DNA of 41,161 nucleotides from a candidate division WOR-3 bacterium (GTDB taxonomy: Bacteria > Hydrothermota > Hydrothermia > JBDRYB01): assembly GCA_049969615.1 (NCBI GenBank), contig JBMFOM010000005.1, positions 1-41,161 on the forward strand, given 5' to 3'. Both the position numbers and the translations under genes were made by a program. Shown here piece after piece: positions 31,006-39,433 of this stretch. The first letter of the stretch is position 1; every line of letters starts with the position of its first letter. Under the pieces are notes generated by a model. The model saw only the letters and a list, made by a program, of their open reading frames with translations. It ran no database searches and was not told the DNA's origin.

Positions 31006-32079
31006 CTATAAGCCTTCCCTTCCGGAAGGTTCGTGTTTTCCTCCCGCCAGACCAAGATATTTCTCAAGCGCTGAGAACGATAGCGAGCATAGATTGTGGG
31101 CCTTTGCCAAAGGATACGGATAACCAGCAACAGATGTGGCCAGTAGCCTTGACAGGATAGCCAGCGGATCAACGGCTTCCGGTTCCAGAAAAGCTTCAAT
31201 TTTTATTACCCCCCTTCCCTCCTCAAGCCTCGCATAAAATGACGAACATGATAGCTCCGGCAGTTCTCCGTCAGACGGAAGGTTCACCGGTTTTGGCTCT
31301 GTGAATCCCGGGGCACGGGTTTTGACGCTCAACAGGTATATATCAGGAATGCCCTCAATTATCTCGCAATCACCGGATGTTTTTGCTATTCCAACCATCT
31401 GTTCGGCATTTTCGGCAACGAGCCTTTTCATCGCCAGTAGATACTCCTTTCTGGCGAGAGCCATCATTATGCCAGCGGCGAACCTTCTGTCCTCCTCAAG
31501 CGAAAAGACATTTTCTTTCAGCCTCCAGCTCTCCCAACCGGATGTGTCATCTATCATTTCACTGGCCAGCGCCTCGGCCCACCTGAACAATCCCTTGTCT
31601 TCTCCTGGCGCCAGGCCTGCTATTCCTGCTATCCTTCCCTTGCCCATGTCTTCCGTATAATTTCTCAGCAGGCCGGAGAGCGCGCCATCGGCCATGACTA
31701 GCCCGCGGTCGATCTTCCCGGCCGCGAGCGAGAGTGCTTTTGCCTCCATTATCTTTGAACCAGATTGCAGAAGTGCTCTTACGCAATCCTCTTCCATCTC
31801 ACCCAGTTTTATGATGTCCAGCTCTCCCAGAAACACATCCCCGGCCTCAGCTCCAGAATATACCCCGGAACCGGTCGCACCCACAAGCCAGAAACCCAGG
31901 CGCCTGACATAGTTAAACGAGCCGTCCCCCGCGGCAACATCCGAACGTTCTTCTTTGCCACGCCAAGGTCGCCAGTATCTCTCGTGGTCAAAATCCACTG
32001 ATCTGGTTTCCAGCTCCCTTCGGAGCATGGCGAGCTTTTCTCTTAGCCTTATGACCTTCGCATACAGCGCCGGATGCAC
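31006..32079 (-). CDS. NurA-domain nuclease (RNase H-like fold)
   Basis: AAGDGS, VMADGAL, VGIAKTS, GYPYPLAKAH match NurA motifs. Start placed at GTG 32079, 6 nt after TATACT. Confidence 0.8.
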   Translation of the reverse strand: MHPALYAKVIRLREKLAMLRRELETRSVDFDHERYWRPWRGKEERSDVAAGDGSFNYVRRLGFWLVGATGSGVYSGAEAGDVFLGELDIIKLGEMEEDCVRALLQSGSKIMEAKALSLAAGKIDRGLVMADGALSGLLRNYTEDMGKGRIAGIAGLAPGEDKGLFRWAEALASEMIDDTSGWESWRLKENVFSLEEDRRFAAGIMMALARKEYLLAMKRLVAENAEQMVGIAKTSGDCEIIEGIPDIYLLSVKTRAPGFTEPKPVNLPSDGELPELSCSSFYARLEEGRGVIKIEAFLEPEAVDPLAILSRLLATSVAGYPYPLAKAHNLCSLSFSALEKYLGLAGGKHEPSGREGL

Positions 32080-32205
32080 TATGAAAGTATAAAGCAAGCC
32101 TTCGGCTTGAATTAACCTCGGTGATCTTTCCTCCAAATGGTCTTGGAGTGCTTGTGGGATAAGGGATTCAGGAGAAAAGGAAGCGTGAGAGCTCCAAATT
32201 GGCCC

Positions 32206-32254
32206 TTGACAGTCCAAAAAAACGGTTATAATATCACCCTAACTGAGGAGGTGA
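32206..32254 (+). promoter_or_regulatory. Sigma70-like promoter and strong RBS for the Cys-rich protein operon
   Basis: TTGACA 32206-32211; TATAAT 32227-32232 (15-nt spacer) or TAATAT 32229-32234 (17-nt spacer); GAGGAGGTGA 32245-32254. Confidence 0.7.
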
Positions 32255-32257
32255 AGC

Positions 32258-32647
32258 TTGAAAAAGCTAATGCTTGTCCTAGCTGGGATGGCCTGGCTTA
32301 TGTGGCCAGGGAAGGCTGGCGCCCTTTCGTTGGGGTGTGAACTGCCGGGCTACGAGGTTGGACAACACTATAATCCCGATGCAGAGTGGTGTAAACAAAA
32401 GAAGTGCTCTCCGGAATGGCTTTACAAGATACCTTGGGGTTTGTGTGAAACCGGATATGCCTGGTGGATCCAGAAGCTCCAGGGATGTCAAATTATAGGT
32501 GGGGCCTGTTACGGATTTTACGCGGGAGGCGATATAGATTGCGAGAGTGAGGGTGAGGATAGCTGGGAGCCGGAGCCGGATCCCTGGGAAGACCGATGGG
32601 GGTGGTGCAGTGGCAAGATAAATAATGTGGGGAGAGAAACATCGTGA
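32258..32647 (+). CDS. Small secreted Cys/Trp-rich protein
   Basis: Signal peptide MKKLMLVLAGMAWLMWPGKAGA; 8 Cys in the mature part; strong RBS; GTGA overlap with the next gene. Confidence 0.7.
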   Translation: MKKLMLVLAGMAWLMWPGKAGALSLGCELPGYEVGQHYNPDAEWCKQKKCSPEWLYKIPWGLCETGYAWWIQKLQGCQIIGGACYGFYAGGDIDCESEGEDSWEPEPDPWEDRWGWCSGKINNVGRETS

Positions 32648-33693
32648 AAAGGATATTCCTTCTCGTGCCTATAGTTGCCGGCTGTGTCCATGAGATAACG
32701 GGCGAAGTGGAGGTTATGGGTAGGCCTCCCAGGTCCATTCCCCAGATCATGGATGGACTCTCCGATGGTAGGGCAGTGGTCTATTTCTCAGATGGGGTTA
32801 CTCACGAAGTCAAGCTGGTTGATCCCCGCACTGGCGGATCTATTGACCTCAATACAGGGGACAAGAAGAACATGGTAATGGCTCTAAGAACTGGTTGGGG
32901 AGATACCATATTCGTTGTTACCCTTGAGGGGGGTCATGGGGGCAATCCAGCCGGATCCCATTTGAAACTCCATGTGTTCGCGCCGGATGGAACTCCCCGT
33001 GGCAAATATGTGCTCAAGGACTCCCCTCTGTTCGTGGACTTTCTCGTGGCAAAGGGGGGCCATCCCAAGGGCGCCAGGATTATGACCCTTAACATGGCAG
33101 GATATTTCTCTACGGTTTTTGATAAAACCGGTAAGATCATAGGTAGTGCGGGACCTTACACTGGCCCAGAGGGTCCCTATCTCTACGCTTGGATGGCCCT
33201 GGCAGACAATTACCTCGAGGTTATCCCTCGGACCATCAAGAACAACTGTGGGAATTGCCCCAATTATATCGATGGCCCCATCAGGATATATCGGTGGATT
33301 GGGGGTTCTACAGCTTTCATTGATTCGTTTCCGCTCATAAGAGAGATAGACATCACGGGTCTTTTCCCTGAGGCGGATGGTATTGGAGCGTTGGTAGCCA
33401 GAGGGTATCACGATTGGGTATATATCTTTGTGGATTTTATTGATTGTTACGATATTGATGGCAAGCCCTTTGTAAAGATGGGACATGCGCTTGTAAAGGT
33501 CCATCCTGATAAAGCAGAAATCCGAGCGATCGCGACCCAGAAATACGATTATCTTCGCTGGGGTGATGACGGTAGGCTTTACGATGCCAAGGGAGAATTA
33601 GTGCCGGCCATATGTGCGGCCGCTATCAAAGAAAACAAGCTCTTCCTCGGGTATGGCGATGGCCATGTGGAGGTGTGCGATATAGAGGAATAA
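32644..33693 (+). CDS. Hypothetical lipoprotein, beta-rich (possible beta-propeller)
   Basis: Lipobox VAGC; repeated short-strand patterns (LHVFAPDG, TVFDKTGKII, LFLGYGDGHVEV). Confidence 0.7.
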   Translation: MKRIFLLVPIVAGCVHEITGEVEVMGRPPRSIPQIMDGLSDGRAVVYFSDGVTHEVKLVDPRTGGSIDLNTGDKKNMVMALRTGWGDTIFVVTLEGGHGGNPAGSHLKLHVFAPDGTPRGKYVLKDSPLFVDFLVAKGGHPKGARIMTLNMAGYFSTVFDKTGKIIGSAGPYTGPEGPYLYAWMALADNYLEVIPRTIKNNCGNCPNYIDGPIRIYRWIGGSTAFIDSFPLIREIDITGLFPEADGIGALVARGYHDWVYIFVDFIDCYDIDGKPFVKMGHALVKVHPDKAEIRAIATQKYDYLRWGDDGRLYDAKGELVPAICAAAIKENKLFLGYGDGHVEVCDIEE

Positions 33694-33696
33694 TGG

Positions 33697-34902
33697 CTAG
33701 GAGGCCTCCGCAACCGGGATGAGTCCCTCAAGTCCGATTATCCTTCCCCTAACTATCTGGCCCGCCGGGTAATTTCCCTTCAACAAGACCACGAGGCCAT
33801 CTCGCGTCGTGCAATCTGTTCTCAAGCCATTCCCGCCGGTGGCGAGCAGTTCCATCTCGGCTCCAATAAGCCTCTTTTTCCTCTCAGCAACCCTTTGTAG
33901 GGTGAAGTCTATGAGCTCCCTAAGTCTTGCCCTCTTTGTTTCTGTCGGAACCTGATCCGGCATCCTGGAGGCCCTTGCCATAGGCCTGGGGTCAAACGAA
34001 AACATGAATGCCCTATCAAACTCCGCCCGCTCAACCACGCGCAGTGTCGCCCGGAAATCCTCGTCTGTTTCGCCCGGAAAGCCCACCATGAGGTCAGTCG
34101 TTATCACGGCCTCAGGCAGGATTGACCTGATCATCTCAACCTTTCTGAGATAATCCACGGATGTGTATCCCCTGTTCATGAGCCTGAGAATCCTATCAGA
34201 GCCGGATTGCAGGGGCATATGAAACCACCTGGATAGCCTGGGGCGCTCGGATATGATTTCAATGAGCCTGCGGTTAATGTCCCTGGGATGGGATGTGGTG
34301 AACTTTATGAAGGGAATATTGGTCTCATCATGGAGCATTTCCAGGAGCTCCGGAAACCCAATGCCATCAAAAGAATACGCGCTGACATTCTGGCCCAGGA
34401 GGGTTAAGTCCTTGAGGCCCCCGGTCTCCAGCTCTTTTGCCTCGGAGACTATTTCATCCGGTGGCCTTGAACGTTCCCGCCCCCGGACATATGGGACCAC
34501 GCAATATGAGCAGAAGTTATCACAACCCTCTATTATGGTTATGAAAGCCGAGGGCCCCCAGGAGAGCCTTTGTGTTTTCGGCGAAGGAAGCCCCAGGAGT
34601 TCAGGGAGTGCATCATATTCCCCTGGAAACACGACCAGCGCGCCCTGCTCCTCAAGCGTTTCTTTGGCTAGTGGTGAGAGGCACCCTGCCACGATAACCC
34701 TTTTGCCTCCTCTGAGGTGCCTTTTGATCAGGGACATGGCCTTTTTCTGTGGTTTCTCCCTGACAACGCAGGTGACCAGGACGACCGTGTCAGCCTCCTG
34801 GGTATCGGCCTCCCGAAGTCCGCACTCCAGAAGCGTTTCACGGATCCGGGCCGAGTCATACTCGTTCATCTGGCAACCCATTGTTATCAGCGAGAACCTC
34901 AT
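33697..34902 (-). CDS. miaB: tRNA methylthiotransferase (radical SAM, MiaB type)
   Basis: MGCQMNEYDS, TCVVREK, EGCDNFCSYCVVPYVRG, LLGQNV, TSHPRD, PLQSGS, VGFPGET. Confidence 0.88.
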   Translation of the reverse strand: MRFSLITMGCQMNEYDSARIRETLLECGLREADTQEADTVVLVTCVVREKPQKKAMSLIKRHLRGGKRVIVAGCLSPLAKETLEEQGALVVFPGEYDALPELLGLPSPKTQRLSWGPSAFITIIEGCDNFCSYCVVPYVRGRERSRPPDEIVSEAKELETGGLKDLTLLGQNVSAYSFDGIGFPELLEMLHDETNIPFIKFTTSHPRDINRRLIEIISERPRLSRWFHMPLQSGSDRILRLMNRGYTSVDYLRKVEMIRSILPEAVITTDLMVGFPGETDEDFRATLRVVERAEFDRAFMFSFDPRPMARASRMPDQVPTETKRARLRELIDFTLQRVAERKKRLIGAEMELLATGGNGLRTDCTTRDGLVVLLKGNYPAGQIVRGRIIGLEGLIPVAEAS

Positions 34903-35083
34903 GGGGTAAATTTTAAGGCTACCTGCTTTGCCAGGGCAAAAGCCAAGATAGGGGGTTGGAACTTAGACTGGGAAATGAAACAGCCGGATTTATCTGCACG
35001 GCTCTTGGGATTGGCCTGAGACAGCAGGATAAGGGTATCCGGAACAAAAAGCCTTGATCCCCGGCCCCTTCCTGGACCATATT

Positions 35084-35192
35084 GAGGCTGTCTCACAATA
35101 CGATTTTTTGACGCGCATCAATTCTAAGAATGAGGCCCGGAGCGGATCTTATCTGAGACAGCTTCTCAATAACCCTATTCTGGGACAGGCTC
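35084..35192. mobile_element. Repeat D (82 bp, TIR GAGGCTGTCTCA/TGAGACAGCTTC) followed by a remnant of repeat A (minus)
   Basis: 35084-35165 is homologous to the reverse complement of 13479-13560. 35170-35192 (taaccctattctgggacaggctc) resembles the A end aaccctgttcccttggacagagcgctc. Confidence 0.72.
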
Positions 35193-35245
35193 TACTTTGA
35201 TTTTATGAGTGAGGCGGATAACTGGGACGATCTGGTGGACGACCG

Positions 35246-35497
35246 TTAGTCCTTCTCCTCCACCTCATACCAGAACCCTTCTATCACGGGGTTGGTGAGG
35301 AGCCTGCGTGAGACATCCTCTATCTGCGCGCGCGCGGAGGCCTCGTCCGGAGCCTCAAGCGCGAACCTAACTATCTTGCCAATTCTGGCGTCTGACGCGG
35401 GGAGTCCAAGCCTGCGGAGTGCGGCCTCAACAGCCATGCCCTGTGGGTCCCGGAGGTCATCGTGTGGCAGGATAAACACATGAACCAAGTATTTCAT
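35246..35497 (-). CDS. purS: Phosphoribosylformylglycinamidine synthase subunit PurS
   Basis: DPQG.AV..AL, RIGK, LLTNPVIE. Confidence 0.93.
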   Translation of the reverse strand: MKYLVHVFILPHDDLRDPQGMAVEAALRRLGLPASDARIGKIVRFALEAPDEASARAQIEDVSRRLLTNPVIEGFWYEVEEKD

Positions 35498-36192
35498 TCC
35501 AGTTTCAGCCTCCTGGCGACCTCCCTGTAGGTTGCGAGCACATCTCCCTTGTCTTCCCTAAACACATCCTTGTCCAGGCTTTCGCCCTCCGGCGTCCACA
35601 GGCGCATGGTATCCGGACTTATCTCATCCGCGAGGTATAGCTTGCTCTCCTCATCAACCCCGAATTCAAACTTCATGTCCACGAGCTCAAGCCCTCGCTC
35701 GGCGAACAGGCCCTTGAGCGCAAAGGCAGCGTCCAGGCCGGTCTTTTGCATTTCCTGAACCTTTTCCTCATCAGCGAGGCCAAGCGCGAGCACGGTCATG
35801 GGGCATATCAGGGGGTCATGCAAGGCGTCATCCTTGAGCGAGAACTCAACCAGAGGAATGGCCAACTGTCTCCCCTTCTCAATGCCATAGCGTTTGCAAA
35901 GAGAGCCAGCGGCCCTGAACCTGACCAGGACCTCAAGCGGAATTATTCTGACCCTGCGGGCCAGAAAGCTGGTCGCGGATAGCTGGCCCAAGAAGTGCGT
36001 CCTTATGCCATTGTCTTCAAGGAACTGAAATAGCTTGACTGATATTCCGCAAGCTAGGGCGCCTTTGCCCTCCACGGTGGCCTTCTTGACAGCGTCAAAA
36101 GCCGTCAGGGAGTCCTTGAAGTGGATTATTACCTTTCCCGGTTCCTCAGCCTCATAGACCTGCTTTGCTTTGCCTTCGTAAAGTAGCCTCAT
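35494..36192 (-). CDS. purC: SAICAR synthetase
   Basis: LYEGKAKQVY, FKDSLTAFD, IPLEV, LVDMKFEFG, LADEISPDTMRLW, LDKDVFR. Start placed at ATG 36192, 6 nt after TATAAT. Confidence 0.96.
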   Translation of the reverse strand: MRLLYEGKAKQVYEAEEPGKVIIHFKDSLTAFDAVKKATVEGKGALACGISVKLFQFLEDNGIRTHFLGQLSATSFLARRVRIIPLEVLVRFRAAGSLCKRYGIEKGRQLAIPLVEFSLKDDALHDPLICPMTVLALGLADEEKVQEMQKTGLDAAFALKGLFAERGLELVDMKFEFGVDEESKLYLADEISPDTMRLWTPEGESLDKDVFREDKGDVLATYREVARRLKLE

Positions 36193-36418
36193 CCTAAAAT
36201 TATAATGTGAGGCCATGCTCCTGTGCCAACCAACTTGTTTGTGGGGTTCTGTCCGGATCTCCTGGCCCAATGGCTTCAGGTTGGCCTTTGGGTTAAAATA
36301 TGGGCCACCTCCCCTGAGGTTGAGCCAGTCTCAACCCAACATGTGGTTATAGAAGCTGATGGGACCATCCTCAGCCCCCAATCCACAAGCTTGCGGCCCG
36401 GCCAAGGTTTGAGCTATA

Positions 36419-36559
36419 AGAAACCCTGAAAAGTCCCGGTCTGTCAGCCTCATCATAGCTAGATGAGAACCCTGAGGGAATGTCCTCGTGGCTGGATTTT
36501 TCAGGGGGCTATTAGAACCCTGTTCCCCGGGACAAAGTGTTTCTGGTTTAAACCAGCAA
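36419..36559 (-). mobile_element. Repeat A (partial) + internally deleted repeat B with both TIRs
   Basis: B 36419-36509 (AGAAACCCTGAAAAGTCCC...GGATTTTTCAGGGGGC) and A 36514-36559; the reverse complement aligns with about 10808-10966. Confidence 0.75.
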
Positions 36560-36578
36560 TATATTTCTGGGTTTTGCG

Positions 36579-37316
36579 CTACATCATCCCCCCAATGCCG
36601 CCCAGCAAGGACAGACAGCCGAGGGCAGAACCGCCGACGAACCCCAGGCCAATGGTGAATATGGGGTAGTAGCTCCCGTTCCCGGAATACTTGAAGTAGC
36701 TCCCCCCCAGCTCCAGCCTGAAGCCATAGTCCGTCTTTCCCTCTATGCCAACGAACTTCCCTGATCCCCTGTATTTGAAGTCAAGGCCGAATGCGGCGTG
36801 TTGACAAAAGCCCGAGCCGGGGGCAATCTCCCCCCAGAGCTCCTGGCCAGAGGTCGCACCCTGCGGCGCATATACACCCTGCCACGCTATATACCACATC
36901 CAGTTCTTGTGGGGCCTGTTCCCGAGCATGAGGTTGATGCCAGGGGTTATAAGGTATGTTCCCGAGAGTATGTCATAGAGGAGGTATGGCTGAATGGCGA
37001 AACTGGTGACCTTCACGGCCTTTTTGGATGACTTCATGAGCCTTATCTTCGCGTATGGCCCGAGGCCCATGCCGTTCATCATCACGCCAATATCAGCCTC
37101 TTTTGCCACACCGAACCCGACCGCGCCGCCCATGTTCCAGCTCCGATAGACATCCTCTTTGGCCGCGGCCCGGCCGTGGTCAGGATGGACAAAACCGGGG
37201 AAAGCGGCAAACAACTGCGCGTCAACCTTTCCTGGGCCAACGGGCTCGGGGGTCTGGAAAGTACCAAAGAAACAGCCCGTCACCAATATGGACAGGAGAA
37301 GCAATATCTTTCTCAT
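36579..37316 (-). CDS. Hypothetical lipoprotein with beta-barrel-like strands
   Basis: Lipobox VTGC; FQTPEPVGPG; Gly/aromatic amphipathic strands. Confidence 0.7.
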   Translation of the reverse strand: MRKILLLLSILVTGCFFGTFQTPEPVGPGKVDAQLFAAFPGFVHPDHGRAAAKEDVYRSWNMGGAVGFGVAKEADIGVMMNGMGLGPYAKIRLMKSSKKAVKVTSFAIQPYLLYDILSGTYLITPGINLMLGNRPHKNWMWYIAWQGVYAPQGATSGQELWGEIAPGSGFCQHAAFGLDFKYRGSGKFVGIEGKTDYGFRLELGGSYFKYSGNGSYYPIFTIGLGFVGGSALGCLSLLGGIGGMM

Positions 37317-37387
37317 GACAAAAGTCTAAGGCAGAAGCAAGCGCCAAGGCAAGCAACTTTGACATTTATGGCGCGCCCTGCCTGTTA

Positions 37388-38536
37388 TCAATCAAAGGAG
37401 AAGTCCTTCGCGAGCCATGCCCTCACAGCGACAGCATCCTTAAGGCCTTCATCGGCCATCAGGTAGCCTCCGGAAAGCCCGAACTTCACCATCCTGGTTA
37501 CATCAAAGACGAACGAGAGATCAAACTCGTTCCCGATTCCTACAGAGGAATCGGCCGTGAACGCTGATGCAAGCATGTAGTAATCAAACCTTGCAGTCAT
37601 CATAAGGTCGGGGCGCAGGAAGTCCAGATACCGGCCATAGCTGGCGTGAGCGTTGATCGCGGATATGTTGGCCAATCCCCTGAGGAAGGGGTCAGGGGCA
37701 TGGGTGAAGGTGTAAGCCTCGCCTATGCCGCCCCAACCAATTTGGTCGTAGCCATAGACGATGTTTTGGCCAAACGCGTTGACCCAGAGGGGATCTATGG
37801 TGAAAACCGCTCCACCCAGGCCGAACGAGCTGTGCGCGATGTCAAGGGTCGCTAGGCCGGATATAGCACTCACCGTGTCGCTGATGTAATCAGCGCCCTC
37901 AGCGGCCAGGCTCATTATGCCAAACTTCAGCTCTGCCCTGCCGCCGGCCCAGAGCTCATATTGGTCTTCAATCAATGGGGTAGGCCTGGAAAGCGCATAG
38001 AGAGAAACATATACAGGACCTATGCCAGCGCCACCATTCGCGCCGGCCATCCACGAGGGATTCTCGCCTATTGCCGCGGGCTCGGTATAGATGCCGTGGA
38101 GGTTCAGGCGGATGTTGTCGCCAAAGAGAAGGGACAACGCGGGGTATCCCTTGAGCCTGTCAGACCAGACGAGGCCATCACCATAGAACAGCAACTGTTT
38201 CCCGGCGCGAAGCGAGAACCAGTCGGTGAAATAGGCCTCCGCATAGGCTTCGGGGATGTTGAACCTGTCGTAGGTGTTCTCCGTGCCCCAGGACTGGAGC
38301 CTCACGAAGCCAAAGAGCCAGGCGCCGAAGATCATGTCAAAGCCGAGCTCAACGCGGTGCATGTAGAGGGGCTTTGTCACGGTGTCCAGGGATGTGCCCA
38401 CGCCCCAGAGGCTCAGGTTGCCCGTGAGGTTATAGGAGCCAGTCTCGCCAACCCCGACAACCTCCTCCTCCCAGGTGCCTACGCCTTCCTGGGCCATTGC
38501 GGTTCCAATTATCAGAAAGGGGGTAATATATCTCAT
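37388..38536 (-). CDS. Outer-membrane beta-barrel, alginate-export-like
   Basis: Signal peptide; EAYAE, LRAGKQLLFYGDGLV, IGNEFDL, GYLMAD; C-terminal aromatic strand. Confidence 0.65.
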   Translation of the reverse strand: MRYITPFLIIGTAMAQEGVGTWEEEVVGVGETGSYNLTGNLSLWGVGTSLDTVTKPLYMHRVELGFDMIFGAWLFGFVRLQSWGTENTYDRFNIPEAYAEAYFTDWFSLRAGKQLLFYGDGLVWSDRLKGYPALSLLFGDNIRLNLHGIYTEPAAIGENPSWMAGANGGAGIGPVYVSLYALSRPTPLIEDQYELWAGGRAELKFGIMSLAAEGADYISDTVSAISGLATLDIAHSSFGLGGAVFTIDPLWVNAFGQNIVYGYDQIGWGGIGEAYTFTHAPDPFLRGLANISAINAHASYGRYLDFLRPDLMMTARFDYYMLASAFTADSSVGIGNEFDLSFVFDVTRMVKFGLSGGYLMADEGLKDAVAVRAWLAKDFSFD

Positions 38537-38610
38537 AGTGGTAAATCTTAAACCAACAAAGGGTCGGGCTTCAACCCGGAAAGGGAAGTTCTGTCGACGT
38601 GGCCAGTCAA

Positions 38611-38726
38611 TTGCAACTCAGATTTTGGGGTAGGCCGTAAGCCTTGAATTATTAAGGGATTAGCCCACTTAATATTGCTCAGAAACCCTGAAAAATCCCA
38701 GTCTATCCTTGGTCTCTGAGTTGCAA
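38611..38726. mobile_element. Repeat E bounded by a perfect 12-bp TIR with a nested B end
   Basis: TTGCAACTCAGA (38611-38622) pairs with TCTGAGTTGCAA (38715-38726). 38681-38716 (agaaaccctgaaaaatcccagtctatccttggtctc) is a B terminus. Confidence 0.72.
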
Positions 38727-38756
38727 CGCAATATTTAGACCAATTATCATTTGGCT

Positions 38757-39419
38757 ATGAGAAGACTTATACCATTGCTGTGCCTCTCCTGCTCCCTGAA
38801 TTCCTATCACAGCCCCAGGGCATTGCACGAGTCAGACGCGACGGTTGGCGCATCTTGGACCGCGTTTCCGATCACGGAGGAGAGGGAGCCGGATAGCTCG
38901 ATTAAGGACACCCAGGGAGTCATCCGTATCCTTGGGTTTCCAACGGTTTGGATCAGATATGGCTTGGCCCACCGGACAGAGGCTGGCATGGGGATCGCGC
39001 TATTTCGCTACAAGCCGATTGATACTGACGAGTATGTGATTTCAATAACCGCATGCCCATACATAAAGCGTGAATTTTTCACGGCCGGACCATTCCTAGC
39101 AAGCGGGTTCCTTGAGGCTGGTGCTGGCACGGGAAAGTTTTTCATCGCTGGGTCAGATTCCTCTTACGACACATCTTCCTCTGCATATTACGGTTCGGCG
39201 GGAATAGTACCGGGTTTTATTTTTAGCAATTGGGAGATAGCCCTCCCCATAAAATATACCTTTGGCTACATCCCATCGCTAGCAACCGCTGGCTATGTTT
39301 CCGTGGGGCCGGGGGCCGCGCTCAGTTGGTCCAGCCACAGGGTGTTCCTTGAGGCCACACTTCACTACGCTGGCAGTGATCTGGCGACGTTCTCCGGAGG
39401 AGGCGGTTTTGACTTCTGA
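38757..39419 (+). CDS. Hypothetical lipoprotein / outer-membrane beta-barrel
   Basis: MRRLIPLLCLSC lipobox-like; amphipathic strands; ends GGGFDF. Start placed at ATG 38757, 6 nt after TATCAT. Confidence 0.68.
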   Translation: MRRLIPLLCLSCSLNSYHSPRALHESDATVGASWTAFPITEEREPDSSIKDTQGVIRILGFPTVWIRYGLAHRTEAGMGIALFRYKPIDTDEYVISITACPYIKREFFTAGPFLASGFLEAGAGTGKFFIAGSDSSYDTSSSAYYGSAGIVPGFIFSNWEIALPIKYTFGYIPSLATAGYVSVGPGAALSWSSHRVFLEATLHYAGSDLATFSGGGGFDF

Positions 39420-39433
39420 GAGAATGTGAGAGA

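Noticed and set aside
30910-31199. rbfA or another small gene after infB (ORFs 30918-31160, 30945-31199)
   Set aside because: No RbfA motifs; both ORFs overlap the 3' end of the NurA gene and repeat C.
36205-36418. Possible riboswitch upstream of purC
   Set aside because: Only a small hairpin (GGTTGAG/CTCAACC) was seen, with no recognisable purine, ZTP or PRPP aptamer, and the purC promoter appears to abut the start codon.
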